Origin: Methanobacteriota archaeon
GTDB lineage: Archaea > Thermoplasmatota > E2 > JACPAO01 > JAHWKR01
Assembly: GCA_019347805.1 (NCBI GenBank)
Contig: JAHWKR010000003.1
Location: 1-64,000, forward strand
Length of the DNA: 64,000 nucleotides
Direction of reading: 5' to 3'
Position 1 is the stretch's first letter. Every line of letters begins with the position of its first letter. Shown here in pieces: positions 61,599 through 64,000 of the stretch. A model generated the notes under the pieces. It was not told the DNA's origin and ran no database searches. It saw only the letters and a list, made by a program, of their open reading frames with translations. Both the position numbers and the translations under genes were made by a program.

Positions 61599-62798
61599 GT
61601 GGTCGTGCAGGTGCTCCGCAGCGTCGCGTTCGTATGTCTTGTCTTGATGTCCTCGGCCTTCGTCGCCGCGCCTTCTGGGGCGCACCTCGGCAACGACAAG
61701 GACCTGGACGACCTGGATCGCCTTCAGGGCGAGGATTACTCCACTCCGGACGCGGTGTGCGACCCGGCGGCCACGGATCACACCTATACCATGGTGCACG
61801 AAGGCGAGTGGGGGGTCCATATGCCCTATTCCGGTTGCGGCGTGACCTATGACACGGTGACGTTCGACGGTGACGCGAAGCCGACCTGGTTCCGGGTGGC
61901 ACGCAACAACGTCGATCCGCTCATCATCGAGCTTCGCGTGTTCGTCGCCGATCGCCTGGTCGCCCGGGGGGAGTTCCAAGGTTTCCAGTCGGGGGATTCG
62001 CCCCTTCTTCTCTACGGCTTCGCGGAATCGTCGACCATCGCGGCGGGGACGTACGAGGTGCGCATCGAGTACGAGGTCGTACGCGGGCCGCTGTGGCACA
62101 CGCTCTTCCTTGATTATGTGCAATGGGAAGTGGAGAACCCCTGCAAGAACGCCGCCCTGCCACCGCCCTCGCCCGAGGCGAACGGTGCGGGTGTCGACCG
62201 CAAGACCGGCTGGCGCGACCATGTCTACACGTTCTCGCTCGAGGCGTACAAGGACCCGGAAGGGGACCCGCTGACGTTCCAGTGGGTGTGGGACGACGGG
62301 GTCGTGCAGGAGGGCCGCATCGCCGTGCGCGCGTTCCAGGAGACCGGTCTCCGGACGGTGACGATCACGGTGTCCGACGACCCCATCGCCCGCTGCATCG
62401 ACGGCTCGCCGCGCGTCACGCAAGGGGCTTACGGCTTCACGGTCGTGTCGGAGGCATGGTCGACGTCGTGGAACGATCCCGACCCTGGCAACAGCTGCAT
62501 CAACATGGTGCAGGTGCGTTCGGCGACCCCCTATGACGTCATCGCCGGGTTGTGCCGGCTGCGCGGCTCGGTGACGGTCACACCGCTCGTCTCCAAGAGC
62601 GACGTGCGGGCGCAGTTCCGTCTCGACGGCTGGCCCTATGTGGGTGCCAGCTTCGGCACGGAAGCGGAACGGCTCTACATCTCACCGCTCGTCACGACCC
62701 AGTTCCACACCCTGGACGTCTGTTTCCGCCTCGTCTGGGACGTCTACGAGAGGGAGTACTGCTCGGAGGAGTACGTCTTCCTGAACGTCGGCCTCTAG
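61599..62798 (+). CDS. secreted single-module paralog of the giant repeat protein
   Basis: Same domain order: N-domain (CDPAATDHTY...WFRVARNNVDPLIIELRVFVADRLVARG), PKD-like (GWRDHVYTFSLEAYKDPEGDPLTFQWVWDDG...VSDDPIARC), Cys-rich end (...REYCSEEYVFLNVGL). Start at GTG 61599 or 61605 gives a signal peptide. Confidence 0.5.
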   Translation: MVVQVLRSVAFVCLVLMSSAFVAAPSGAHLGNDKDLDDLDRLQGEDYSTPDAVCDPAATDHTYTMVHEGEWGVHMPYSGCGVTYDTVTFDGDAKPTWFRVARNNVDPLIIELRVFVADRLVARGEFQGFQSGDSPLLLYGFAESSTIAAGTYEVRIEYEVVRGPLWHTLFLDYVQWEVENPCKNAALPPPSPEANGAGVDRKTGWRDHVYTFSLEAYKDPEGDPLTFQWVWDDGVVQEGRIAVRAFQETGLRTVTITVSDDPIARCIDGSPRVTQGAYGFTVVSEAWSTSWNDPDPGNSCINMVQVRSATPYDVIAGLCRLRGSVTVTPLVSKSDVRAQFRLDGWPYVGASFGTEAERLYISPLVTTQFHTLDVCFRLVWDVYEREYCSEEYVFLNVGL

Positions 62799-64000
62799 GC
62801 GGTATAGCGGATGTCCGCGCCGTCTGTCTGTGCGCGTGCGAGGAAGGGAGCGGCGACGTCGGAGCCTGTGGCGAGCCCTTGCCGGGTCTCGTGAGGGAGC
62901 GTGGTCCCGGCGTAGAGGCGGGCGTCGACGATATCGTCACGGATCGACGCCATGGCGTCGGCCTCGCCGGGGAAGAACCAGGCGACGGTGGTGGTGAGCG
63001 CACCGAACAGACAGCCGTGGCCGCCGGACCAGGCGGGTGTGGACGGCGTCGACATGAGCGGTTCCCACTGGGGGTCCCATAGACGCTGGATCGTGGTGAC
63101 AGGGCGTTCGCGCCAATAGGTGTACTTGGCGTCCCAGCAGGCGATGCCGGCATCGGTCACCGCGCCGGCGACGCTGGCGAGCACGCGTTGCGCGTGCATG
63201 CCGGTGAGTTCGTGGTCGATGACCGCGGCGAGCGCGATGCCGATGGCCCGACCGGGCGGGAGCTCGGTCCACGGTCCGAGGTCCCACTTCTCGGCGAGGG
63301 CGACCTGTGCGGGAGTGAGCGTCCGGGACGTGTTCCAGAGGTGTTCCAGTGCGGCGAGATGCTCGGCCCCCTCACATGCTGGAGGCGGCGGGACAAGATA
63401 GCTGGATGCATCGTCCAGAAGGAGGGGCCGGACGTCGCCCCAGACGACGTCGTCAGGTGGCTTGTAGGCGGGTGGGGTCTCTTCCCAGGCGCAGGGTACG
63501 ATGTCCGGGTCGGGACGTCCGGCCCCGTCCCAGATGGCGAGCGAACCGTCACCGGCGCGCATGTCGAGCACCTTGCGGCCGACGGCCGCGCCGAGGGCGT
63601 AGCCGGCGTCGACGTCGCTGCGGTAGTTGGCGCCTGCGACGAGGCGCGATTCGAGCGCGAGGGCGAGGATCTCCTCGGTGGTGCCGTTCGGTGTCACCTT
63701 GCCGGGGAAGAACTGGTCGAGGAGGAAAGCGGCGGCTCCGGCGGCCGCGGCGTGCTCGCTCGGGTAGGAGGGCACGTCGCGCTCGCGGACAAGCGGGCGC
63801 AATGTCGGGTCGATGTGGTAGGGGGCCGGCCGGAGGTGGCAATACTTGTGTTGCCAGGTGAGCACCATGGCGTCATGGATGGCGGTCTCGAGGATCCCGA
63901 GCATGTAGGCCATCCGGGGCGGGGTGCTCGTCTCGCGCAGGCTGAAGAGCCGGATCACCTCGATGGCCTTCTCGGTCCAGAAGCGGCCCGCGACGCCGTC
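62795..64000 (-). CDS. PAP2-superfamily protein, vanadium-haloperoxidase/acid-phosphatase-like (partial, N-terminus beyond window)
   Basis: PSYPSEHAAAAGAAAF (PAP2 PSGH-type motif), ...SGGHG..., large helical domain. The frame stays open to the window edge; the ORF-track M at 63958 is an internal GTG. Confidence 0.55.
   Translation of the reverse strand, partial: DGVAGRFWTEKAIEVIRLFSLRETSTPPRMAYMLGILETAIHDAMVLTWQHKYCHLRPAPYHIDPTLRPLVRERDVPSYPSEHAAAAGAAAFLLDQFFPGKVTPNGTTEEILALALESRLVAGANYRSDVDAGYALGAAVGRKVLDMRAGDGSLAIWDGAGRPDPDIVPCAWEETPPAYKPPDDVVWGDVRPLLLDDASSYLVPPPPACEGAEHLAALEHLWNTSRTLTPAQVALAEKWDLGPWTELPPGRAIGIALAAVIDHELTGMHAQRVLASVAGAVTDAGIACWDAKYTYWRERPVTTIQRLWDPQWEPLMSTPSTPAWSGGHGCLFGALTTTVAWFFPGEADAMASIRDDIVDARLYAGTTLPHETRQGLATGSDVAAPFLARAQTDGADIRYTA

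Noticed and set aside
1-64000. CRISPR arrays, rRNA and tRNA genes
   Set aside because: No regularly spaced repeat-spacer structure and no sequence resembling tRNA T-loop/acceptor or rRNA was seen by eye. A tRNA scan (tRNAscan-SE/Infernal) would be needed to exclude small RNAs, especially in the 17193-17391 and 10649-11064 spacers.

Overview
High-GC (~68%) window, most likely from an archaeal chromosome. Supporting gene content read directly from the ORF translations: a DRG/Rbg1-type TGS GTPase, an EncFtn-cargo encapsulin, an ECF transporter, a UbiA/UbiX/UbiD (futalosine-type) prenyltransferase-decarboxylase set, many Sec lipoproteins with an [LIF]AGC lipobox, and C-terminal TM+Arg-rich surface anchors. 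The encoded proteins are Lys-rich, so a classical haloarchaeon is unlikely. Gene density is high and many start/stop codons overlap (GTGA/ATGA couplings). Conserved genes with clear calls: DRG GTPase, EcfA1A2-EcfT-S, ThiI-like, PanE, UbiA-UbiX, UbiD, M20 peptidase, MaoC-CitE, NYN-LOTUS, bacterial-type PEP carboxylase and an RNase R-like RNB exoribonuclease. The rest of the window is accessory, cell-envelope-rich sequence: 3 LVIVD-repeat and 2 BNR/Asp-box lipoprotein paralogs; a secreted copper-radical (galactose/glyoxal) oxidase; an ABC-2 exporter whose permease is fused to a CPBP/CAAX-protease-like domain; two lipases plus a PlsC-type acyltransferase plus PAP2 phosphatases; a locus of three tandem paralogous secreted proteins followed by two large C-terminally anchored surface proteins; and a 1259-aa secreted protein of six PKD-like/Cys-rich modules with a single-module paralog. 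Sequence oddities: a ~790-bp lower-GC insertion carrying a degenerate Doc/Fic-like gene, flanked by 39-bp direct repeats that duplicate the 3' end of the oxidase gene; a perfect 35-bp tandem duplication of the encapsulin 3' end; an exactly duplicated 16-bp TATA-like promoter motif in front of two genes of the surface locus; a ThiI paralog with a destroyed PP-loop; and an AT-rich left edge. No CRISPR array, rRNA or tRNA was recognised by eye.
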